Assembly: GCA_040285825.1 (NCBI GenBank)
Contig: JAUPSS010000007.1
Span: 1,140,501-1,204,500, forward strand
DNA length: 64,000 bases
Direction of reading: 5' to 3'
DNA from: Eukaryota sp. TZLM1-RC
Taxonomy: Eukaryota > Protista > Metamonada: BaSk clade
Shown here: one piece after another, positions 1-11,600 of the stretch
Layout of the letters: each line of letters starts with the position of its first letter
Numbering within the stretch: position 1 is the first letter of the stretch
The notes under the pieces: generated by a model
What the model saw: only the letters and a program-made list of their open reading frames with translations
Database searches by the model: none
Told to the model about the DNA's origin: nothing
Translations under genes and position numbers: made by a program

Positions 1-1026
1 GCTTCTCGCTTTACAGAATTAAAAGCATTTTTAAAGTCGAGATTAAAAATAAAATTATTTTCCTCTGCATTAAAAAAGGTATCAGAGGCAATAGCAGCAA
101 CAGAAGCACCATCAATTGTTTTGATTCCAAATTGATGAGGATTCAAAAATGTAGAAGCTTTGTCTTTGACACGATCGAAGACAATTGATGCTAGCAAACG
201 AGAAAGAGATTCACCAACAGCAATTGGGCGTATTCCATCAGGTTTGATTCCGTTTCCAGGCTTTACTAAAGCAATCAGACGTGCTGCGAGTAATTCAAAT
301 GGAGGATTAATTTTCAAAACAATCAATTGTTGAAAATAGTGGGCTAGATCATCAGCAATTTCGGGAGCACTGGAACACGCTATTTTTAACAGATCAAAAG
401 AAATTCCAGATGGACCTGCTGCTTTCCCCTTTGGCAATTTTTGAATAGCTTTATGAACTTCAACTGCAGTAATAGGATTTTCAATCCAAAAAGGACACAC
501 TTCAGGCTTGCTGCACTGGAAATTTTCTTGAGGATGCAACTTTTGAAGTTTTTCAAGGGTATCAGAGTTTGCATCAGCCAAAGAAGAGGAAAACAAAGAC
601 TGCTTTGCGGCACCATAACGACCACGTAAGCACAATTTTTGGCAAATTTTTGATTTTACAATTTTTCTATTTCCAAATTTTTTCTTAAAACAATTTTTGT
701 TTTTTCTAGCAAAATATTTCCAGAAGGATGAAATATTCCACTTATTATTTTTCAATTCAGAAGTAAAATTTCTCATTTCCATTGAGAAGGGGATTGTGCT
801 GGCGGGACTTATTTCTACTGGGATCCGGATCGGGGGTCTTACGGTATCAACGGCTTTACAATTCGTACAAAACAGAAGTTTTCGACCATTTCGTGAATCT
901 GCAACATCTTTTTTGCAAAATGGACAACAAAAATTACTGTTTTCAGAAGGGGAAGAAGAGGGAACACTAGAAGCATTTAACTGTTGATCGTCAGAAACAT
1001 AATTTTCAGCACCTTTCACAACGGCA
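1..1026 (-). mobile_element. RLE-type non-LTR retrotransposon family A fragment (C4 zinc finger to RT N-terminal part)
   Basis: Minus strand encodes CPFC..CTNC, KLHPQE, GKAAGPSG, IRPIAVGE, LDFKNAFNS; near-identical to ~53150-54170. Confidence 0.9.
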
Positions 1027-1034
1027 AACAAACA

Positions 1035-1694
1035 AGCATACTTTCCTTTACATAATTGATCCAAAAATCTTTGAAAAACGAAAGCAAATTCATTGCATTT
1101 GGTCGGATGAATTTCTTGAGGTATTCTTATAGGAGGATGGTAGTTATCAACTATGCGGCATTTCAAGCAGCGATCAGAAGTTTTTCCTTTTGCATTTTTT
1201 CTAAAAGAAATACCACAAGTGTTGCAAGTTTTGTGCTTCAATCGATTGCTAACTGGTTTTGCAACAACTTGTGGAGCATTATTTATGGGTTCTACCTTAG
1301 ACTCTTTCGTTCTAATAAATTTTCTTTTACATTTTGTTTCAGAATTTGCCGCATCATTTTTTCCAACATTGGGGCATGTTCGAGCATTATGTCCCTGTTG
1401 TCGACACTTTGAGCATCTGTAGGAGCGTGGCTTTGTTTTTGAACAAACTTTTTTTTCATCGTGATTGTCTAAAAATTCTTGATCAGAATTTTTTTTGTCC
1501 AAAAATGAAGAGAGAAGAGGTTGAGGAGGAGAGGTGGAAAGGACGTCTTGAGCATCTTGTTGACTATCGTTCTTTCTTTTGACTCCATTAGAATCAGAAA
1601 CTGATTCAGGCATCAACAAGAAAGAATAGAAGCAATGATCTTGGTTCAGCCAGGTTTTAAGTTAAACGGTTATATGTAGAGGAAGAAAAAAAAA
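1035..1694 (-). mobile_element. Family D non-LTR element, isolated 5' end (5'UTR plus CCHC knuckle)
   Basis: Near-identical to 38830-39489; encodes CSKCRQQGHNARTC. Confidence 0.9.
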
Positions 1695-2170
1695 TACACA
1701 AGATTTTCAAAATCATCAATAAAATTCAAAGCAGTTTTTCCAAGACGACCATACAACGATATAGCAAATGGGCAAATTTGGTAATCTACATGGCGAACAT
1801 GTTTCAATTCTTTTAAAGGATTTGCATACTTTTTCCGTTTGTACAATTCGGAGTCATCAAGGGGGGATACTTCGGATTGAGCATTTTTCAAGGCATTTTT
1901 CTTGCAAACATCCACGTTACGACATCAACAACATTCATGACATCATCAAACGAGGGCACAACAACATCAGCACGTCGTTTTCCATATTCTGAATCTCTTA
2001 CGCTTTCATTTATATCAAGAGACCTCAACAAAGGTTCTACAAAAGATTCAATATGATAGGAATTACACATTGCATGGATTTGATCTCTGACTGCATCATG
2101 CAACGTAGAACGATAGGAAATATATCTATTACAATTAAATAAATGTGATAATGTCAAACTAGCTCCACAT
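1695..2170 (-). mobile_element. Family B non-LTR fragment (endonuclease region)
   Basis: HLFNC, HDAVRD, RADVVV, KRKKY motifs (ORFs 1888-2157, 1670-1915). Confidence 0.9.
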
Positions 2171-4896
2171 GTTTTTTTATATCTAAATTCATCATTCGGT
2201 CAATTTTGTCAGAAATTGAGTTCAACTTTTCAAACAAATTTTTGGTAATTTCATCATTATTTCCTAAAAACGAACCCAAATGACGAATAGCATCAATTGA
2301 ATATAATTTGGCTTGAATTTCAATATCATCAATTATTGTGGAAACTGGAGAATTCGATAACAAAACACATTTAAGTAAATTAAGTCGGAGACCAATTTTG
2401 GTAAATAATTCTTTAAAACATACCGTTGCTTTTTTCACAATATTTAATTCACCAATAAGCACAACATCATCCATATATGCAATCATTTTTAGTGAAGGAA
2501 ACATCTCTTGAATTTGCAATAGAATAGGATGAATGGCCAAACAAAACAAAAGAGGTCCTAACGGATCTCCTTGCTTTACGCCACTTGATGAAATCAAAAT
2601 GTTGTTACCAAAATGTAAATTAGAATATGTGCAATATAAACATGCGTTTTCGTTGTTTTCTGTGGCCAAACAATTTGCCCAATCATTTAACTTGTAAATG
2701 TGGTAAACCTCTTTTGTTTACTCATCTTTTGAACTGTAAACATTTCATTACGTTTAGAAGCAAAGTGCATAATAACGTCAGGGACCAAATTTATGTAATG
2801 TGCAAATCATATCGTGTAGATTCCTTTTTAGAACCGCTGTTATCAAAATTAATTCTTGATGATCCCAATATTGATAGTACGCGTTACAACAGAGCTTCTA
2901 TGGGTCTGACTAGAGGTGATCTAGTTGTTCCTGGTTTAAATGGTAGTTTTACTTTTTTGGACGCCATGTCTATTGACCCTTGTAATTCCTCTAACGAACA
3001 TTTCATTAACTCGGATGTAAATAATCCTCTTCTTGCAGGCGAAAAATATAAAATTGCTAAATATGCGAAACCCATTTCCTCGGTTAATGAAAATTCTCAT
3101 GCCCAATATAATTTATGTCCATTTGTTTTTTCTTTGCTTGGATCTCTAGGTAAGGCTGCTATGGCTTTCCTTGAGGATTTTGTTGTAGTTGTAAAGGAAA
3201 GAACTGGAAGAATTTTCAATCGTGTTTACTGGCAAAACAGGATTGTATTTTCTATTTTTAAGGGAATGGTAACACTAATTTCTGATTCACTATCTTCTTT
3301 TGGGAAATTTTCTGAATCTTTGGCGATTAATTGTTTTGATGTAGGGGAGGCAGGTTTTGAGGATGTGGAGTTTTAATTGTGTATTTCATATTTGTTGTTG
3401 AATAAAAATAAATAATATATGTGCAATATGTTGATTGAAAATATGGTATTAATTCTGGCATATATTGCAATAGAGCACCATGGATACTGCGACGACTTAG
3501 CGAATTGAAAGCATTACTAAAATCCAATGACATGCAAACATTGGATTCATTTTGACGAAATAAGACATCAGTAGCAAAAATCGCTGAAGAGACTCCATCT
3601 GTAGTATTTATACCATATTGAAAGGGTAATAAAATCTTTTTAGCTTTTGCATTGAACCTGCTTAAGCAACACGCAGAAAAAATATTATGTAAGCTCTCAG
3701 AGACTGCAATAGGACGAACATCCATTTTTGAATTTTTGACAAGTGCAGTCAAACGAGAACTTCTTAATTCTTCTGGGTACTTGCGTTGACCAGATAATAT
3801 TTGGTTGAAAAATTTGGTCAATAAACCAAGGCAATCTTCTGAAGAAATAATCGCGGCTTTTACATGATCAATAGTAATACCAGAAAGCCCGGCAGACTTA
3901 CCACGAGGTCTCTTTTTGATAACCGAAAAAACTTCTGATGGCATCAATGGATAATTTTCCCAGTAAGTGCCGTAAAAATTTTGATCCATAACAGGGTCTT
4001 CATAAGGATGAAGTATTTTCAGTTTATCTACTGTATTTTCATTGTTCGGTGCTTTGACTCCGGGACTTAAAGCTGACAAAGCCTTGGACCATTTGTTGTC
4101 AAAGCATTTGTCTTCAAAAATTTTACTTAATTTCTCGGATGACTGATTTCTCGGTGCTATATTGGTTAAATCTTCGGAAATATTAACGAAATTTTGTTCA
4201 AAAGGAGGACAAAAAGAACCAAAAATTCCCAAATAATATTGATAGCATACTTTCCTTTACATAATTGATCCAAAAATCTTTGAAAAACGAAAGCAAATTC
4301 ATTGCATTTGGTCGGATGAATTTCTTGAGGTATTCTTATGGGAGGATGGTAGTTATCAACTATGCGGCATTTCAAGCAGCGATCAGAAGTTTTTCCTTTG
4401 CATTTTTTCTAAAAGAAATACCACAAGTGTTGCAAGTTTTGTGCTTCAATCGATTGCTGACTGGTTTTGCAACAACTTGTGGAGCATTATTTATGGGTTC
4501 TACCTTAGACTCTTTCCTTCTAATAAATTTTCTTTTACATTTTGTTTCAGAATTTGCCGCATCATTTTTTCCAACATTGGGGCATGTTCGAGCATTATGT
4601 CCCTGTTGTCGACACTTTGAGCATCTGTAGGAGCGTGGCTTTGTTTTTGAACAAACTTTTTTTTCATCGTGATTGTCTAAAAATTCTTGATCAGAATTTT
4701 TTTTGTCCAAAAATGAAGAGAGAAGAGGTTGAGGAGGAGAGGTGGAAAGGACGTCTTGAGCATCTTGTTGACTATCGTTCTTTCTTTTGACTCCATTAGA
4801 ATCAGAAACTGATTCAGACATCAACAAGAAAGAATAGAAGCAATGATCTCGGTTCAGCCAGGTTTTAAGTTAAACGGTTATATGTAGAGGAAGAAC
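2167..4896 (-). mobile_element. Family D non-LTR element, 5' end through RT, 3'-truncated, interrupted by a family C copy
   Basis: ORFs 4372-4827, 3327-4232 and 2154-2669 are collinear with the 987-aa ORF at 36452-39415; QGDPLGP and YMDD present. Confidence 0.92.
2638..3416 (+). mobile_element. Family C non-LTR element, 5'-truncated, 13-bp TSD
   Basis: ORF 2627-3376 ends GEAGFEDVEF; AATAAA and A-rich tail; TSD ATATGTGCAATAT at 2625-2637 and 3417-3429. Confidence 0.93.
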
Positions 4897-5603
4897 AAAA
4901 AAAAAATAATAATAAAAAATGGAGCTTTTTCAACGCAAATTTTAATGAATATAAACTTCTGTCTGGAATTTCTTGAATGGATATGGAGAAACATGATTGC
5001 CATAAGTCGGGAGATAAACTGGATATTTCTTCTCTTAAGTTATCCAGGAATAGGCTATTTGTATTTTCAAGAAGATTTTCGGCAAAAGGATATCTTCTAA
5101 AGAATTCAAATACAAAATTTTTTCCACCACCAATAAATGCAGCTTTGTTCAAATATTTTTTTTTTATTTTTTTAATTTATTTTCAAAACCACAGTCTAAA
5201 AGTCAATATCTTCAAAACAAGCTTCCACACCATCAAACCTTACAGCAGCAATGTTTTAATAATGTGCACTGACAGACATTAAAGCTTTCGAAATCATTTT
5301 AGGAATTGATTTGAAAATAGTAAAAACAATACGATTTAGCCACAAGCGACGATCAAAACGCTTATTCATTCTTTTTTTCACAAGATTTTCAAAATCATCA
5401 ATAAAATTCAAAGCAGTTTTTCCAAGACGACCATACAACGATATAGCAAATGGGCAAATTTGGTAATCTACATGGCGAACATGTTTCAATTCTTTTAAAG
5501 GATTTGCATACTTTTTCCGTTTGTACAATTCGGAGTCATCAAGGGGGGATACTTCGGATTGAGCATTTTTCAAGGCATTTTTCTTGCATACATCCACTGT
5601 TAC

Positions 5604-5682
5604 TGTTGCCTAAAGTCTATTGTAGTAAAGAAAAGTCTGATTTATTTTCTATTCATATTATATAAGCCTTAGGGCGCCAACA
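5604..5682 (-). repeat. 3' LTR (79 bp)
   Basis: TGTTG...CAACA, identical to 12695-12773. Confidence 0.96.
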
Positions 5683-5700
5683 CTGCTTCTTCCCTTTTTC
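5683..5700 (-). promoter_or_regulatory. Polypurine tract
   Basis: Minus strand GAAAAAGGGAAGAAGCAG directly abuts the 3' LTR. Confidence 0.85.
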
Positions 5701-5811
5701 AAAATAAATCAGCTTATATGAATATGAAATAAAAACTATATACAATTAACAAAACAACTATAATAAATACATATAATCGATATAATATAAATAATCGATA
5801 TAAACTAAGAA

Positions 5812-8625
5812 TTAGCTCCTCTTCCTAATTCTATAACTGCGTCTAGGCCTCTTAGAAGGCGTAGACTCATTGGAGGTACTTTGTCGTCGACTAGTGGTAC
5901 GTTTTCCAATTTTCTTGTTATCCTTACTAAATAACTTATAAGCTTCTGAATGTTTAACCGAATGGAGTGGCTCTTCTGTTGTCTCACCGCCAAACCACTG
6001 AACAGTACAGAAACTACCTGAATCAGAGTGGTATTCTGAGAGGATTTTCTCTATAACGTGTTTTTCGGAATCGCCTGCAGCGACTGCCTTGAGGAATTCA
6101 ATGTCCTGTGGATTTTCTGCGTTATAGATTTTGCAATCTTTCTTGGCAGCTTTTAATTCTGTGCCAGTAGTAAGATTCTTCAATAATAAAGTGGATTTGG
6201 AAGGAAGGTCAATAACTAAAAATGGTCCATTCCAAGATCCATGCAATTTATTATTTTGCTTGGTTTTACGTAAGACGTAGTCACCAATATTAAATACTAT
6301 AAAACACGAATTAGTATTATCTACTGAAGACGGAGTATTTAATGTTTGGTGACGCTCTGCTTCTTCCCTTTTTTCTTGTAGACGAGTGTTTTTCATTTTG
6401 ATGTCATCTAATAAAGGGATATTAGTTTCAAATTTGGATAAATTTCCTAATATATTAGCAGGGTCTGTTCTTGGACTAATCGAAGAACCGAACATGAGTT
6501 CGTATGGGGTAAAACCAGTTTTTCTGCTTTTAGTAGAATTTATTAATAGTTGGGATATAGGTACGTATGTAGACCAATTTCCGTAATCATTGAAATCTAT
6601 TAATAGTTTCCTTAAGCATTGAAGAACGTCTCTATGTTTACGTTCTACAAGTCCATTACTTTCTGAATAGTGGGGAATTGAGTTACTCATCTCAATCGCT
6701 AATCTGTTACACACTATTTTGAAAGTCTCATTGGCGAACTCAGGTCCATTATCACTATGAATTAACATAGGTATGCCAAAGATAGCGCAAACATTCCAAA
6801 TCAAGGCATCTGCGGTTTCTAAGGCATTGAGTTCTTTTAGAGGGACTAAAATTGTATATCCAGTAAAAGAGTCTACAAATACTAATAGATATTTATTTCC
6901 TTCGTTGTCAGAATTTAGGGGTCCAATTGTATCGACATTTAATCTGGCAAAAGGACGATCTGCCCATAAAGATCCTGTGGAAGGTGTTTTTGATCTTTTA
7001 ACTGGAGCCGTTTTTTGACAAGTTGGGCATCTTTTGACATGATTAATAAGGTCCTTTCTCATATTGGGCCAGTAGAAATCACTTTTGGACAGTTTGTGTA
7101 AACTATCGCTTTTGCTGGGGTGACCAGATTGAACCAAACCATGTATTAATAATAGTGCCTGTTTTCTGAGGCTCTTTGGAATCAAAATTTTGTTTTTATT
7201 ATTTTTCCAAATTTGAGTGTTTACATCTAGAATTGCGTTATCAAATAAAGAGTCGTTGTTGTTTTTGGCTATTTGTTGTTCAGATCTTATCTTAGACAGC
7301 CAAGAAGAAAAAATAGGTAGGTCTTGGTGTCTACTTAGAGATGAGATTGAAGGGATGTCTTCAAGATCCGAATCAGAATCATCGTCTAGTGGAGGTATCT
7401 CGTAATTTGAAAGTAAAGTGTCTGGTATATTTATACTACAAATAGAAGGAGTTTCCTCGTTTTGATCCAAATCAATATTCCTCGATAACATATCTGCCCA
7501 ATGGTTGTCTTCACCAGGTTCGTGGACTATGTCAAAGTCGAATTCAGATAGTATCGGCAGCCATCTCTTTACAATTCTATTTTTCTCTGGGGCTGTAGCC
7601 AGGAATGCAATGTTTTTATGATCTGTGAAAATTGTTAAATGTCTAGTTAACAAGTAGCTTTCTAAACAACTTTCAGTTAAAATCAGAAGTATTGCGTATA
7701 ATTCTTTTTGTAAGGTGGACCATTTTCTTTGTGTTTCTGTAAGTAATCTACTATAGAATGACAAAGGTTTCACTTTCCTTTTATTTAGCGGGGTTCCTGC
7801 AGGGGAGTAGGGTTCAATTTCTTGCCAAATAACACCTCCTACTGCTACATCTGAAGCGTCAGTACTTATCAATACTCGCTTGCCCGGAGCTGGTAATTCA
7901 AGGGGCATGTGGTTTACTATTAGGTCTTTTATTTGTTTTAAGTAATCGTCATGCTTGCAAGTCCATTTAATTATTCTGGGTTTTCCTTTAATTAGCTCGT
8001 TAATTGGAGCAATTAATTCAGAAATACCTGGAAGCCAATCTCTAATATAATTGATGGATCCTACCAATGAGCGAACTTCTTTCACTGTTTTTGGTCTAGG
8101 GATTCTCATCAAGGCTTCGATTTTTTTCTTACTTATAAATCTAGTTTTATCCTGGAAGGTACTTCCTAAAATGTCGATAGGGTGTTTTGATGTTACGAAT
8201 TTACATTTACGTAAGCCTATATTTACACGTCTATTTCTGGCGCATTGGAGGACTCTTTGTAATCTCTTATAGAAATCTTCGAAAGTCGTTCCAACTATTA
8301 TGATATCATCAATATATATAAAAACGCCATCAATTTGGAATATTTCCATCATTACATTTTGGAAAACTGCTGGGATGTTCTTTAATCCGAAGCAAGCTCT
8401 TTTAAACATAATTGATCTTCCAGGGATTGAGATTGATGTTTTCTCAATATCCTTCTCAGCAACATTCATCTGCCAGAAAGCTTTTGGTAAATCAAGCGTG
8501 GCGATGTAATTTGCTCTACTCAAAAATTCTAATATATCACTAATCCTAGGTAGATTAGGCTCTACTGAAATCGTATGGGCATTAACTCCATCTTTACCAC
8601 TAAAGTCTCCAGTTAACCTGGGTTT
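5812..8625 (-). CDS. pol: Gypsy pol: RT, RNase H, integrase, chromodomain (continues ORF1 after a 1-nt shift)
   Basis: LDL..AFWQ, YIDD, TDAS, H..H/CPTC, VDTIG/SDNG/E, VIEKIL..VQWFG; frame is open upstream of the annotated start (8523) to the A5 run at 8623-8627. Confidence 0.93.
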   Translation of the reverse strand, partial: KPRLTGDFSGKDGVNAHTISVEPNLPRISDILEFLSRANYIATLDLPKAFWQMNVAEKDIEKTSISIPGRSIMFKRACFGLKNIPAVFQNVMMEIFQIDGVFIYIDDIIIVGTTFEDFYKRLQRVLQCARNRRVNIGLRKCKFVTSKHPIDILGSTFQDKTRFISKKKIEALMRIPRPKTVKEVRSLVGSINYIRDWLPGISELIAPINELIKGKPRIIKWTCKHDDYLKQIKDLIVNHMPLELPAPGKRVLISTDASDVAVGGVIWQEIEPYSPAGTPLNKRKVKPLSFYSRLLTETQRKWSTLQKELYAILLILTESCLESYLLTRHLTIFTDHKNIAFLATAPEKNRIVKRWLPILSEFDFDIVHEPGEDNHWADMLSRNIDLDQNEETPSICSINIPDTLLSNYEIPPLDDDSDSDLEDIPSISSLSRHQDLPIFSSWLSKIRSEQQIAKNNNDSLFDNAILDVNTQIWKNNKNKILIPKSLRKQALLLIHGLVQSGHPSKSDSLHKLSKSDFYWPNMRKDLINHVKRCPTCQKTAPVKRSKTPSTGSLWADRPFARLNVDTIGPLNSDNEGNKYLLVFVDSFTGYTILVPLKELNALETADALIWNVCAIFGIPMLIHSDNGPEFANETFKIVCNRLAIEMSNSIPHYSESNGLVERKHRDVLQCLRKLLIDFNDYGNWSTYVPISQLLINSTKSRKTGFTPYELMFGSSISPRTDPANILGNLSKFETNIPLLDDIKMKNTRLQEKREEAERHQTLNTPSSVDNTNSCFIVFNIGDYVLRKTKQNNKLHGSWNGPFLVIDLPSKSTLLLKNLTTGTELKAAKKDCKIYNAENPQDIEFLKAVAAGDSEKHVIEKILSEYHSDSGSFCTVQWFGGETTEEPLHSVKHSEAYKLFSKDNKKIGKRTTSRRQSTSNESTPSKRPRRSYRIRKRS

Positions 8626-11600
8626 TTGCCGTCAGGGTATATAACTAAGACAATAGGAGAGCTGAATTTATAATTAGATTCAACTGCATAGCCCATTTCG
8701 ATCAGTTCATCAAATATTTTGTTTGCTATTTCCATTTTGCTGGGATTTAACCGTCTAGCAGGTTTATGTACTATAGCATTCTCATCTCTAAAGGGGATTG
8801 TTAGAGGATTACAATCGATTCCTTTTCTATTAGGAGTTTCACTAAAAACATCGCTGAATAATTTTAGTAGACTCGTTAATTTTAATTTATTATTACTATC
8901 ATCTAAATTTATCTCACATCCAGATCTTGCTAATTGCTCCTCAAAATCAGAAGGACTTGGTGATTGGTTATCTAAGTTCCCAATCGAATGTTGAGCGATC
9001 CTAGAGTCGAATTCTGATTCTGCATTTAGCAAAGTGCGGTGTTCTTTGTCTAATCTAATGAAAAGACCATCATCCGTCTGAAGCCCAAGTGCTTTTAACA
9101 TGTCTGTCCCTATTAATAATTTGTTCGAACCCGGGATTATGGGAAGAGTATGTTTATAGTGAACTTGTTGCGCAATGCTTCCTACGTTGAACGACAGAAT
9201 ACCAGTTGCACTCCCTAGCGATTTTGTGGATACGTTATTAGCTGGTAAGAACTTAATAGTATCCTTGCTATTGATTGACATATGGCATTGTTCAGCTAAA
9301 TCTGCAGTAATAACTGAACAAAACGCAGCCGCATCTATAGTCGCAATCATTTTAATATCATTTATTGATATCTCCAGTCTTAGAAATGGAGAACGCTGGG
9401 ACCTGACGTGGTTTTCACTAACCGTAGAATTAATATCAAAAATGCTATTGATATCAGAGCTGGTTTGGTGAATTTGTAGAGGAATTAAAAGATTTTGTTG
9501 AGCTGTTGGAAAGTTGTTGACTGGGTTTCCTAAATCGGTTGTTGATTGGTTGTGATTGATTGCGTTGATATGTACCCGATTAGGAAAGTTGCCTGTCCTG
9601 CTGTTCCGGTTGCTGTTGTTGATCCGTCTGTGAGGAACCGTACTCGAACGGGTCGGTTTTGACTCAGTAGGGGATGCGTTTGATGATATGTCCTCTGTTG
9701 TGTTTATGTTATGTATAGGTCTGTACTGACCTCTTCCTTTATGACCTCTATAACGGCCTCCACGGCCTCTAAATTTGAATCTATGTACACGTCTACCACG
9801 GCCACCTCGGCCCCTTTCTACACTGCCTCTACTAGCAGGCGCCTCCTGTTCTCCTAATCTGAATCTTTCTTCTTTGGGAACTCTGCTTCTAGCACAACGA
9901 GGATCTTTGCATTCGAATACAGTGTGGCCAACAGGATTGTTACCTTCGACGTTGCTGCAGAATGTACAGAATTTTGACCCTTCTCGTTCATGCTTTTCAG
10001 GGATGTATTTGTGTTGAGGGGTTCCTCTTGACTTTCCACCTGATCGTCTTGCTCGTTTTGTTGGAGCCTGGGCTGATGGTGTTACTCCTCTTGAGTAAGT
10101 TCTCATTGCCGTGAGTCCCAAAGGAATATCTTCTTCGTTAGCCCTGTTCCTTAGTACATCCATTGTGGGCTTGTTTCCTGCTGTGTAACACCAAGCGAGG
10201 AAATGTCTTCTCGTTGTCGATATCAAATCGAGTAGAGTTGTTCTGTTCGGTGAGTCCCACAAGGATTCCCTAGTCCATACTGGGAGGAGTTCGCTTGATA
10301 TAGCAAAGTTATCCAGACCCATAAGGAAGTACTCGGCTATTAGAGCGGGAGATATGGTTATCAACCCACTGCTTCCTCTAATTAAATCGGGGATGGTTAG
10401 GTCGGTCATGTAGGTGGTCATTCTCAAGACGTCTCCAAAATCTTCTACATAACGACCAAACTCGTTGTCAGCCTCATGCCTATTGTGGATTTTCCTCCAA
10501 TTTATTCTAGGCTTCATTAGAGCTGTACCAGCCTCATGATATGATGTGAATTGCGTTCTTTTTAACAGAAATACCATGACGTCGGCGTCGGTATAATCAA
10601 CACCGAGTAAACCTTGACTCTGCCATCTAGATAGAAGGCTAGGGTCGATCATGCTGGATATTCCTGTGGGGCAAGTGCTCATCATCATGCTCCTAAATAA
10701 ATCATAATGGTGGATTGGGGGTCCGAGCTTATCTGTTATAGCTGGATCAATCCTTACCAAAGGCTGTGTTGTATCCCTGGTGATCTCGTCGCGTATATGT
10801 TTGGGGAGATCTTTAATCCTATCTTGGGTTATTTCTGCTTGGCCTTCTCCAAATAGCTGGGTAGCTATCATAAAGGCTCTGGTCCAATCTGATTGACCTG
10901 GGGCTTCGAAGCTTCTATTAACTATCTTTCGCCCGTATTTATCCCAAGTTTGAAATTTTAAAAGAAAAGCTATGATAGACATTTTGTTAATAGGGTCATC
11001 AGCGGATAATCGAGGTCTTTTATAGTCGATATCCTTAGACCGTGGATCAATCTGTCTATGAAGGCTACTAGCTATGCTCATGTCAATAGCTCTTCTTGAG
11101 GATTGTAGGTCCTCAATACGCATAGGTCTATCGGAAGAAGAGTCTCTTACTGAGGGTTGAGGAGGAGCCGTTTCTCCAACGACTGGCCCGTTCAACTCAA
11201 TGTCTTCTCCAATTTCACTTTCCATGGGTTGAGAGGAAGTTGGTTCTTCCTGAGGTGCAACGTCTTGTCTTGTTACAGGTTCCGGGACGTTCACTGTTGG
11301 AACATGATCGGGTATGCTGTCGATAGAGCAGACCTGTATTGGTTGGCTTTTTTCAGAAATTATAGGGGCTACAACAGGCAGTTTGGGAAGGTGGAGAGAT
11401 GTGGATGGATCTCCCGTTACCCATTGTCTAAACTCTCGTTGTTTTGTGAACGAGTTACCATGTTGTTGGGTGTAGTTGTTAGGACGGCTCCTATACGTGG
11501 ATACAGCTGATCGTTCCGTATGAATGTTATTTAGAGCGTCTGCATCAAACCAGGGGGTTACTGGTTCAAGCTTGTCTTGTTCACTACTATCCTCCTGCTC

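Noticed and set aside
8613-8635. Programmed -1 frameshift in the Gypsy element
   Set aside because: It falls inside RT rather than at the gag/pol boundary, C-AAA-AAC is not a canonical slippery heptamer, and homopolymer indels occur throughout the window
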